Shown piece after piece: positions 17,666 through 25,292 of a stretch of 64,000 bases of DNA. Location of the stretch: the NCBI GenBank assembly GCA_033549365.1, contig JAWSUF010000004.1, positions 172,058 to 236,057 of the forward strand, in the 5' to 3' direction. The notes below the pieces were generated by a model that did no database searches, had not been told where the DNA came from, and saw nothing but the letters and a program-made list of their open reading frames with translations. A program made the position numbers and the translations under genes. Each line of letters starts with the position of its first letter. Position 1 is the first letter of the stretch. The DNA comes from Acidobacteriota bacterium. GTDB taxonomy: Bacteria > Acidobacteriota > Aminicenantia > Aminicenantales > Saccharicenantaceae.

Positions 17666-20320
17666 TCAACCGGTCTCCTTGATGAGGTTGGCGATCAGGG
17701 CCGTCCAGCCTGTTTGATGAGAGGCTCCGATCCCCCTGCATGTGTCTCCATGGAAATGTTCGTAGAAAAGGACCAGATTCCGAAAATAGGGGTCGTCGGC
17801 ATAACGGGTCTCACGGCCGTGGATCGGGCGGCGGCCTTTGTCGTCTTCGAAAAAGATGCTGCAAAGCCGATGGGCCAGCCGGCGGGCGACCTCTCCCAGC
17901 TCGGCTGTCTGCCCCGACCCTGTGGGGCACTCAACCTGAAAAGAATCGCCGAAATAGTGTCCGAATAGCTTGAGAGATTCGATCAGAAGATAGTTGGTCG
18001 GCATCCAGATCGGGCCCCGCCAGTTGGAGTTTCCTCCAAAGAGAGAGCTTGTCGATTCCCCCGGCTCATAGGGGATGCTGAAGCGACCACCGGGCAGGGA
18101 CAGCGAAAAGGGGCGATCCCGATGTTCTTTGGATAGGGACCGAATGCCGCCCGGGGCCAGAAATTCCTTTTCGTCCAGAACCCGTTTGAGGATGCGGGCG
18201 AGGTGATCCCTCTTGAGCAGGGAGAAGAGGATCGTCTCGACGCCGGAGATCTCTTCGACGACGAGGCTCTTGTCCAGGGCCTTGCGGTTCTCGCGGAACC
18301 AGCGCAGCCGCTTCGCGAATCCCGGGAACTTCGTCAAAATGGAGGAATCCATGACGGCCACGGCATACAGAGGGATGATGCCGACGAGAGACCGGATTTT
18401 CAGCTCGATCGAGCGGCCGTCGTCGGAGTGGACGGCGTCGTAGAAGAAACCGTCCTCTTCATTCCAGAGCCGGACCCGGTCTTCGCCGCCCCAGCTGTTG
18501 AAAGCTTCGGCGATGTGAGCGAAGTGTTCGAAGAACTTGGAGGCCACGTCCTCATAGGCCGGATCGGTCGCGGCGATCTCCAGGGCGATGACCATCATAT
18601 TCAATGCGTACATCGCCATCCAACCTGTGGCGTCGGCCTGCTCGAGATGCCCGCCCGTCGGCAAAGGCCGGCTTCGGTCGAAGATTCCGATGTTGTCGAG
18701 GCCCAGGAACCCGCCTTGGAAGATGTTGCGCCCTTCGAGGTCTTTGCGATTGACCCACCATGTGAAGTTGAGCAGGAGTTTGTGGAAGGTCCGTTTCAGG
18801 AATGCGACGTCTCCTCGCCCCGTCATCTCCCTTTCGATTTCGTAGACGCGCAGGCAGGCCCAGGCATGGACGGGAGGATTGACATCTCCGAGGGCCCACT
18901 CGTAGGCCGGGAGCTGGCCGTTCGGATGCATATACCATTCCCTCAGAAACAGAATGAGCTGTCTCTTGGCATCGTGGGGGTCGATCAGGGCGAGAGAGAC
19001 ACAGTGAAAAGCGAGATCCCATGTCGCATACCAGGGGTATTCCCACTTGTCGGGCATGCTGATGACATCGCGATTAAAGAGATAGGGCCAGTCGGCGTTC
19101 CGACCCCGCTTTCTGGATTCCGGCGGCCGGGGCTGCCCGGGGTCGCCCCGGAGCCAGGTTTCGATCTCGTAGTTGTAATATTGTTTCGACCACAGGAGTC
19201 CGGCGAAGGCCTGGCGTTGGACGAGAGCCGCATCGGGACCGGCGCCGGGCGGAACAAAAGGCGCATAAAACGCATCCGCCTCGGACAGCCGGGCTTTGAG
19301 AACGGCTTCGGTATCGTGGAAAGGGTCGTCTTCGGAATTCTGAGCGGCGAATCTCAACCAGATCGTCCGATCCCCGCCGGCCGGAACGGTGAGTCGGTAG
19401 ACAAAGGCGGCCTTTGTCCCTTCTTTAGAGTCCGGCGGGTTCGGCGGTTGGCCGTGGACGATGATAGAGTGGAAGGCGTCTTTCGTCCGAGGACTCGGAT
19501 TATTGACGCCGAAGAGCCGCTCGTAGTTGGTCTCGTTTTCCGTGAACAGGACGTCATCCGCGCTCTGCCCGAAGAGGAACGTGCGGCCCAGCGTCTCGTG
19601 TTCGGCCCGGAGGGCCCGGACGTTCCCGCCGGCAGGGATCTCTCGAATGGAAGGCTTCTTCTTGATCTTGCCGAAGGACCAGGTGTTCCGGAACCAGAGC
19701 GTGGGAAGCACGGTGATCTCTGCCGCCTCGGCTCCGCGATTGAAGACGGCGATCTTGATGAACATGTCATCGAATTCCCGCTTGGCGTACTCCACGAAGA
19801 CGTCGAAATAGGCGTTGTGGTCGAAAAGGCCGGTGTCGAGCAGCTCGTATTCGGGCTCGGTCTTCGACCGCCTACGGTTCTCAGCTCTGAGCTCTTCATA
19901 GGGGAACCGCTCATGGGGATATTTGTAGAGATATTTCATGTAAGAATGGGTCGGCGTGTTGTCCAGATAATAATAGAGCTCTTTGACGTCCTCGCCGTGA
20001 TTGCCCTCGTTGCCGGTCAGGCCGAACAGCCTCTCCTTCAGGATCTCGTCCTGCCCGTTCCAGAGCGCCAGAGCGAAACAGAGGTCCTGGTTGATGTCCG
20101 AAATGCCGGCGATCCCGTCTTCTCCCCAACGGTAGGCTCGGGACCGGGCATGGTCGTGCGGGAAGTCCTCCCAGGCCGTCCCGTTTTCACTGTAGTCTTC
20201 TCGGACCGTGCCCCATTGCCGCTCGCTCAGATAGGGGCCCCATTTCTTCCAAAAAACCCGGTGCTCATTGTTGTCTGCGAGCCGCTTCCTTTCCGCTCCC
20301 CCAGCTTTTCCTTCGGCCAT
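17666..20320 (-). CDS. GH63-like glucosidase (MGH1-like, processing alpha-glucosidase I family)
   Basis: 884 aa. The N-terminal block FWKKWGPYLSERQWGTVREDYS...FPHDHARSRAYRWGEDG is characteristic of bacterial GH63/mannosylglycerate-hydrolase-like enzymes, and a large (alpha/alpha)6 C-terminal domain follows. Confidence 0.7.
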   Translation of the reverse strand: MAEGKAGGAERKRLADNNEHRVFWKKWGPYLSERQWGTVREDYSENGTAWEDFPHDHARSRAYRWGEDGIAGISDINQDLCFALALWNGQDEILKERLFGLTGNEGNHGEDVKELYYYLDNTPTHSYMKYLYKYPHERFPYEELRAENRRRSKTEPEYELLDTGLFDHNAYFDVFVEYAKREFDDMFIKIAVFNRGAEAAEITVLPTLWFRNTWSFGKIKKKPSIREIPAGGNVRALRAEHETLGRTFLFGQSADDVLFTENETNYERLFGVNNPSPRTKDAFHSIIVHGQPPNPPDSKEGTKAAFVYRLTVPAGGDRTIWLRFAAQNSEDDPFHDTEAVLKARLSEADAFYAPFVPPGAGPDAALVQRQAFAGLLWSKQYYNYEIETWLRGDPGQPRPPESRKRGRNADWPYLFNRDVISMPDKWEYPWYATWDLAFHCVSLALIDPHDAKRQLILFLREWYMHPNGQLPAYEWALGDVNPPVHAWACLRVYEIEREMTGRGDVAFLKRTFHKLLLNFTWWVNRKDLEGRNIFQGGFLGLDNIGIFDRSRPLPTGGHLEQADATGWMAMYALNMMVIALEIAATDPAYEDVASKFFEHFAHIAEAFNSWGGEDRVRLWNEEDGFFYDAVHSDDGRSIELKIRSLVGIIPLYAVAVMDSSILTKFPGFAKRLRWFRENRKALDKSLVVEEISGVETILFSLLKRDHLARILKRVLDEKEFLAPGGIRSLSKEHRDRPFSLSLPGGRFSIPYEPGESTSSLFGGNSNWRGPIWMPTNYLLIESLKLFGHYFGDSFQVECPTGSGQTAELGEVARRLAHRLCSIFFEDDKGRRPIHGRETRYADDPYFRNLVLFYEHFHGDTCRGIGASHQTGWTALIANLIKETG

Positions 20321-20354
20321 CGGTCTATCTCCTTCGCTCCGCCGGACGCTCTCC

Positions 20355-21170
20355 TCACCCTCCCGAGGTAAAGCCCGGATAAAGGGTCATGCCGCCGTCG
20401 ACGAAGATCGTCGTTCCGTTGACGTAGTCCGAGTCGTCGCCGGCCAGCCAGACCGCGGCGGCCGCGATGTCGCCCGGTTCTCCGAGCCGCCCGTACGGGA
20501 TCAATTTCATCATCCCCTCGCGCCCCTCCGGCGTCGACCAGGCGGAACGGTTGATCGCGGTCTTGACAGCCCCGGGTGCGATGCTGTTGACGCGGATCTT
20601 GTGAGGGGCGAGCTCCTGGGCCAGCGTCTTCATGAGGAGGAGGACACCGCCCTTGGAAGCGGCGTAGTTGGCGTGGTTGGCCCAGGGAATGATCTCGTGG
20701 ACCGAGCTGATACAGATGATCTTTCCCGCCGCCGAGGAGATCTCCGGCTGAACGCCCCGGCGCAGGAACTCGCGGGCCGCCTCCCGGGCACAGAGGAACT
20801 GCCCGGTGAGGTTGATGTCGATCACTTTCTGCCAATCCGCGAGGCTCATCGAAACGACCGGGGAATCCTTCTGGATGCCCGCGTTGTTGACGAGGATGTG
20901 GACGGTGCCGAAGCGTGCGATCGCGGCTTGGAACATGCGGGCGACCTGGTCCTCCCGGCTGACGTCCGCCTGGAACGTCATGGCCTGGCGGCCCTCTTTC
21001 GTGAGGTCGACGGCCATTTGCTCCGCGGGCTCGCGCCGGGTGCCGTAGTTGATGACCACGTTGGCCCCGGCCCGGGCCAGGGCCATGGCGACGCTTTGGC
21101 CGATCCCCGAGCTCGCTCCGGTGACGACCGCGGTTTGACCCGACAATCTCTCAGACAGGGTGTTTTCCAC
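20355..21170 (-). CDS. gdh: Glucose 1-dehydrogenase (SDR family)
   Basis: Trimmed to a GTG start (VENTLSERLSGQTAVVTGASSGIG) with an AAGGAG ribosome-binding site 6 nt upstream. The sequence is collinear with Bacillus GDH (NNAG, SSVHEIIPWANHANYAASKGG, GDDSDYVNGTTIFVDGGMTLYP). Confidence 0.8.
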   Translation of the reverse strand: MENTLSERLSGQTAVVTGASSGIGQSVAMALARAGANVVINYGTRREPAEQMAVDLTKEGRQAMTFQADVSREDQVARMFQAAIARFGTVHILVNNAGIQKDSPVVSMSLADWQKVIDINLTGQFLCAREAAREFLRRGVQPEISSAAGKIICISSVHEIIPWANHANYAASKGGVLLLMKTLAQELAPHKIRVNSIAPGAVKTAINRSAWSTPEGREGMMKLIPYGRLGEPGDIAAAAVWLAGDDSDYVNGTTIFVDGGMTLYPGFTSGG

Positions 21171-21180
21171 CGTTAGCTCC

Positions 21181-23193
21181 TTAAGATCGCGTTCCCGGCT
21201 CAAATGTGTCCAGCGCCTCGAGAAGGGTCCCCACAGACCAGGCTTGGGCGAAGCAACCGCCGGGCGCGTGCGGCGAATCGCCGTCCACGACCTCCGAGAT
21301 ATGGCCGAGGCCGGCTTCGGACAGATGCCGGAACAGGGGGGCGATCTGATGGCGCAAGACGCGCCCCGTGGGGCGGGGCTTTCCGTAGGCATAGGCATAG
21401 GCCTGAAGATAAGGCCCGATCAACCACGGCCAGGCCGTGCCCTGATGATAAGCGGAATCTCTCTCAACGGGGTCCCCACGATAGCGGGGCCGATAATCCG
21501 GATGGTTTCGGTCAAGAGTCCTCAGCCCCAGAGGCGTCAGGAGGTGCTTTTTGACGGAGGCGAGCATGTGACGCGCCCGCGTCCGGCTCAGCAGAGGAAA
21601 AGGCAGGGCCGCGGCGAAGATCTGGTTGGGCCGGATGGTCGCGTCCTTGTTCGGGCCGTCGACGACATCGTAAAGGCATTTCTCTTCGGGATTCCAGAAC
21701 CGGCGGACGAATTCCCGGCGCGTTTGTCGCGGGTCGAGAGGGAGGGACGGAGCCTTCTTCAGCCGGCTCTTGAACCGCTCGAGAATGAAGAGGACGTTGA
21801 TCCACAGGGCGTTGACCTCGACCGGCTTACCGAAGCGCGGGGTGATCACCTTGTCGCCGACCTTGGCGTCCATCCAGGTCAGCTGTGTTCCCGGCCCGCC
21901 CGCCGCAAGCAGACCGTCCGCGGCGACCCTGATCCCGAATCTCGTCCCTTTGATGTGTTCCGAGGCGATCTCGTCCAGCCGGGGGGATATCTCCTCCAGG
22001 AAGGCTAGATCTCCGGTTTTTTCGAAGTACTTGTGAAGAGCGACGACGAACCACAGGGTCCCATCCGCCGAATTGAATTCCGGTGGTTGCCCTCCGTCCG
22101 GAAAAAGATTGGGGATCATCCCCCGGTCGATGAACGAAGCGAAGGTCCTCAGGACAGCCTTGGCCTCGTCATACCGGCCCGTGGCCAGGGCCAAGCCGGG
22201 CAAGGCGATCATCGTGTCCCTGCCCCAGTCCGTGAACCAGGGGTAGCCGGCGATGACCGTCTCGGACCGGGTGGATTCACGCTTCACGATGTGCTCGTCG
22301 GCGGAGAGGACGAGCCGAGCCCGTTCGGGGGACAGGGCCCCGGCTTGATGGGCCAATAACTCCTCTTTCCTCCTCACGAACGTTACGAGGCTTGCAGGCG
22401 CCTCTCCCCCCAGCTCGAACGGAGGGACCGGCGTGTCCGTCGAAAGCCTCAGGAAAAGCGGAGTGCCGGGCGAAAGGTCCGTCTCAATGAAGCCGGGGCT
22501 GAAAAGGTCCTCCTGGAAATCGAGCCCCCGCTCCCGCTCCAAGGCATATTCCGTGCGGTAGTACCAGTCGCTTTCGGGATGGAACGATCCCTGGGACCAA
22601 GCGACAAAATAGGGAACGGCGTCGGGGGAGGATCGAACGTCCAAATGGAATTCTTCTCGGCGGATCAAGTAACGATCCGGGTCATCCGAAGCTCGCTGCA
22701 TCCCGTGATAATCCCGGTCGTTCAGCATGGGACGAAGGCGTATTCGGAGACTCTCTTTCCCATGCCATGCATATCGGATGAACGTCGTGTTCCTGCCGTG
22801 CTCCATCCAGATGGCTTTCGTCAGGGGGGCTCCACCCACCTCGTAGGAAAAAAGAGGATGGAATTTGAAATCGAAAGAAGTGAGATAGACGTGTCCTTGG
22901 GGATGGATCACGCCGGGATACTGGTGGACGCCGAGCTCGAACGACCTCTCCCCGAGAATGACCGTCTCATCGACGGAACTCACGAGGATGCGTCTCTGGA
23001 CCGGCGGGTGCAGGGAGGCCACGAGGAGGCCATGATAGCGGCGCGTGTTCAGCCCGATCACGGACGAGGAGGCAAAACCCCCGATGCCGTTCGTGACCAG
23101 CCATTCCTTACCATGTGCGGCGCCGATGTCGTGAAGGACGTCCGGTCCGAACCGGAAGGAAAGCGGGCCCGGCGCGGCGCCGCGTTCGCTCAT
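21181..23193 (-). CDS. Glycogen debranching enzyme family protein (GDE N-terminal domain plus amylo-alpha-1,6-glucosidase, archaeal/bacterial type)
   Basis: Trimmed to MSERGAAPGPLSF..., whose ATG overlaps the upstream stop as ATGA. The N-terminal region GKEWLVTNGIGGFASSSVIGLNTRRYHGLLVA and the C-terminal catalytic domain (AGYPWFTDWGRDTMIALPGL...) are typical of this family. Confidence 0.7.
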   Translation of the reverse strand: MSERGAAPGPLSFRFGPDVLHDIGAAHGKEWLVTNGIGGFASSSVIGLNTRRYHGLLVASLHPPVQRRILVSSVDETVILGERSFELGVHQYPGVIHPQGHVYLTSFDFKFHPLFSYEVGGAPLTKAIWMEHGRNTTFIRYAWHGKESLRIRLRPMLNDRDYHGMQRASDDPDRYLIRREEFHLDVRSSPDAVPYFVAWSQGSFHPESDWYYRTEYALERERGLDFQEDLFSPGFIETDLSPGTPLFLRLSTDTPVPPFELGGEAPASLVTFVRRKEELLAHQAGALSPERARLVLSADEHIVKRESTRSETVIAGYPWFTDWGRDTMIALPGLALATGRYDEAKAVLRTFASFIDRGMIPNLFPDGGQPPEFNSADGTLWFVVALHKYFEKTGDLAFLEEISPRLDEIASEHIKGTRFGIRVAADGLLAAGGPGTQLTWMDAKVGDKVITPRFGKPVEVNALWINVLFILERFKSRLKKAPSLPLDPRQTRREFVRRFWNPEEKCLYDVVDGPNKDATIRPNQIFAAALPFPLLSRTRARHMLASVKKHLLTPLGLRTLDRNHPDYRPRYRGDPVERDSAYHQGTAWPWLIGPYLQAYAYAYGKPRPTGRVLRHQIAPLFRHLSEAGLGHISEVVDGDSPHAPGGCFAQAWSVGTLLEALDTFEPGTRS

Positions 23194-23399
23194 GAGGCCT
23201 TGTGCGAAGAGCGGGCCCGGCCTTTCAACCAGAGGCCCGCGCCCACGACCAGGCTGACGACGAAGACGATGAGAGAGATCGTGAAAGCCCGGCTCTCGAG
23301 CTCTTTCCAGGACCCGATGGCGACTTCGGCCCAGAAGGCAAGCCAGAGGAGCCAGAGGCCGCGCGTCAGCCAATGAAGCCAGTTTTTCCGGCGATTCAT
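23190..23399 (-). CDS. Small two-transmembrane-helix membrane protein, candidate reductive dehalogenase anchor (RdhB-like)
   Basis: 69 aa (MNRRKNWLHWLTRGLWLLWLAFWAEVAIGSW...FTISLIVFVVSLVVGAGLWLKGR) with two predicted transmembrane helices. It lies immediately downstream of rdhA, 5 nt after the rdhA stop, in the usual rdhAB arrangement. Its size is comparable to PceB-type anchors. Confidence 0.45.
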   Translation of the reverse strand: MNRRKNWLHWLTRGLWLLWLAFWAEVAIGSWKELESRAFTISLIVFVVSLVVGAGLWLKGRARSSHKAS

Positions 23400-23403
23400 G
23401 ACC

Positions 23404-24747
23404 TTAACCTTTCCTCGGCCGGGTATCGATCCCGTATTCGGGAATATCCAGCGTCCACCATTCGGCCGCATCGCGTTGCCGGCCGTAGCCGAAAGCCTTG
23501 TCCATGGTCGTAAAAAAGCCGCTGAGCGCGGGAATCTTGGCGCCGGCGGTTTTGACGATCTCGTGGATCATGGTCTTGTCCTTTTTGGACCAGGGACAGA
23601 CGCCGACGCAGATGCTGCATCCCGAGACCGATTCCTGCCAGTAGGCGAAGCACTTGGGTTCATCCTCGAACCAGGCCTTATGGCCGGGATTGTTCCATTC
23701 CCCCTTGACTTCAAACGACGGTTCGTCGTCGAAGGACAGGGCTCGGGGGTGGCACGCCTCCGCGCAGCGTTTGCAGATCCTGCAAAATTCAAGCAACCCG
23801 AAATCGATGGGTTTATCGACAGCCAGGGGCAGATCGGTCAGGACCTTGGCCAGACGGACGTTGGGTCCGTATTCGGGAGTGACGAGCCGGTTGGTTCGGC
23901 CCAGCTCGCCGAGGCCGGCATCGACGGCGATGGCCACGCTGGAACCCAAGTCATTGACGCTCGGAATGGCGACATAGCCCAATCCGCGGATGAATTCAGC
24001 GAGGGATGCGACCAGGAATTCCGCCCGGCTGTAGCCGAGCGACGCCCCGGCACTGCCGACGGCGGTGGGGGAGCACTGAATGTTATCGAGAGATTGATGG
24101 ATGCTCACGGCAACGGCGTATCGGCAGGCATCGGGAATGACGAGTTTTTCGGAGGTGTCGTAAGGCTCATCGACGGGCTCGAAGACGATATCCCGGCCCA
24201 TCTCCCGGGAATGGATATGCCGGCGGTCCAGGATCGCGATCCCCGTGGTCGCCGCCCCGAAATAGCGGGCGGCTTGTTTGATAATCCGGGCCGCCTCTTC
24301 CGGGGTTCCTTGGTACCTGTCGAAACCGCGGTCGGCCGGTGAAGGTATGGATCGGCGCGTCCAGGATCGGAGGCCTCGATTCAATCCGCCCGCCCTCGAG
24401 ACCGTCCAAGCGGCGTCGGCCAGAGCATGGTCCTGGAGACGGTAGCCGGGCTTGTTTTCCCGATAGTAAAGCTGCTCCAGCTCCAGACTCCGGACCCTCA
24501 GTTCCTTGGCATTGTCCAGGCCGTAGTACTTGATGAATGACCCAAAGACGTTTTTCGAAGCATCGAATCGGGAATAGACATCGTCCTGGATGGGCAGTTT
24601 CGGGCTGTCGATCTCCTTGACCCACCAGGGGCGTCCGTGGGGTCCGGTGCGCGAGACGAACCCTTCATTCCCCTGAAACGGCCGTCCCGCCCCGAGTGCC
24701 AACCCCGCGCTTCCGATCCCATACTTGAAAAAATCTCTTCTTTGCAT
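23404..24747 (-). CDS. rdhA: Reductive dehalogenase homologue (RdhA; Tat-exported corrinoid/Fe-S protein)
   Basis: Trimmed to MQRRDFFKYGIGSAGLALGAG, a twin-arginine signal, with an AAAGGAG ribosome-binding site. Length is about 447 aa. The two C-terminal ferredoxin-type motifs are CRICKRCAEACHP and CSICVGVCPW (CxxCxxCxxxCP followed by CxxCxxxCP), as in the RdhA family TIGR02486. Confidence 0.8.
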   Translation of the reverse strand: MQRRDFFKYGIGSAGLALGAGRPFQGNEGFVSRTGPHGRPWWVKEIDSPKLPIQDDVYSRFDASKNVFGSFIKYYGLDNAKELRVRSLELEQLYYRENKPGYRLQDHALADAAWTVSRAGGLNRGLRSWTRRSIPSPADRGFDRYQGTPEEAARIIKQAARYFGAATTGIAILDRRHIHSREMGRDIVFEPVDEPYDTSEKLVIPDACRYAVAVSIHQSLDNIQCSPTAVGSAGASLGYSRAEFLVASLAEFIRGLGYVAIPSVNDLGSSVAIAVDAGLGELGRTNRLVTPEYGPNVRLAKVLTDLPLAVDKPIDFGLLEFCRICKRCAEACHPRALSFDDEPSFEVKGEWNNPGHKAWFEDEPKCFAYWQESVSGCSICVGVCPWSKKDKTMIHEIVKTAGAKIPALSGFFTTMDKAFGYGRQRDAAEWWTLDIPEYGIDTRPRKG

Positions 24748-24818
24748 CGCAAACTCCTTTGAGGAGAATTCCCGCGCTCGCTCACAGGAGGGTGCCGGGT
24801 GGACAATCCTAGAAACGC

Positions 24819-24848
24819 GGATAAGGCTTTTATACCGGCATCCGGAAA
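24819..24848 (-). promoter_or_regulatory. Putative sigma70 promoter for rdhAB (TTGACA-18 nt-TATAAA on the minus strand)
   Basis: The minus-strand reading is cgccTTGACAggggtttccggatgccggTATAAAagcc, about 70 nt upstream of the rdhA ATG, inside a lower-GC intergenic region. Confidence 0.4.
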
Positions 24849-24858
24849 CCCCTGTCAA

Positions 24859-24887
24859 GGCGATAAAATTGATTTCTTCTTTGTTTA
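24859..24887 (+). promoter_or_regulatory. Putative sigma70 promoter (TTGATT-17 nt-GATAAT) reading into the ABC ATPase remnant
   Basis: The plus-strand sequence is TTGATTtcttctttgtttattgtGATAAT, about 20 nt upstream of the ATG at 24909. Confidence 0.3.
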
Positions 24888-24908
24888 TTGTGATAATCTC
24901 CTTCCAGG

Positions 24909-25290
24909 ATGTCAGCCGATGAAAATCTCGATATGTTGAGATTGAGAAACGTCAGCAAGTCTTTTGGCGGAGTCCGGGCCGTCCGATCGATCGATCTCGA
25001 GGTCGCGGCGGGCCGGACGACGGTTCTGATCGGTCCGAGCGGATGTGGAAAATCAACCGTTCTGCGTCTTGTCATGGGACTTGTTTTGCCGGATGCCGGC
25101 GTGATCTCATTGCTGGATGAGACGATCTCGCGCGAGACGGTTTTGCAGCTGCGCAGAAAGATGGGCTATGGCATCCGGGCGGTCAAGGTTCCCGCCTGCG
25201 GAAATGTGATTCTCGGGATGGCCCTTTTGGCCCAGCGGCTGTTCGATCTTGTGGAAAGAATCGTGGTGCCGAAGGGCCTGCGCCTGGGAT
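24909..25290 (+). pseudogene. ABC transporter ATP-binding protein remnant (N-terminal ~100 aa only, with Walker A; no signature motif or Walker B)
   Basis: MLRLRNVSKSFGGVRAVRSIDLEVAAGRTTVLIGPSGCGKSTVLRLV... is a clean ABC ATPase N-terminus. After ...LRRKMGY the sequence loses ABC character (no Q-loop or LSGGQ). The remaining part of the 361-aa track ORF only overlaps the convergent flavoprotein gene. Confidence 0.45.
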
Positions 25291-25292
25291 CT

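Noticed and set aside
18203-20371. 722-aa plus-strand ORF
   Set aside because: It is antisense to the GH63-like glucosidase gene and shows no domain signature.
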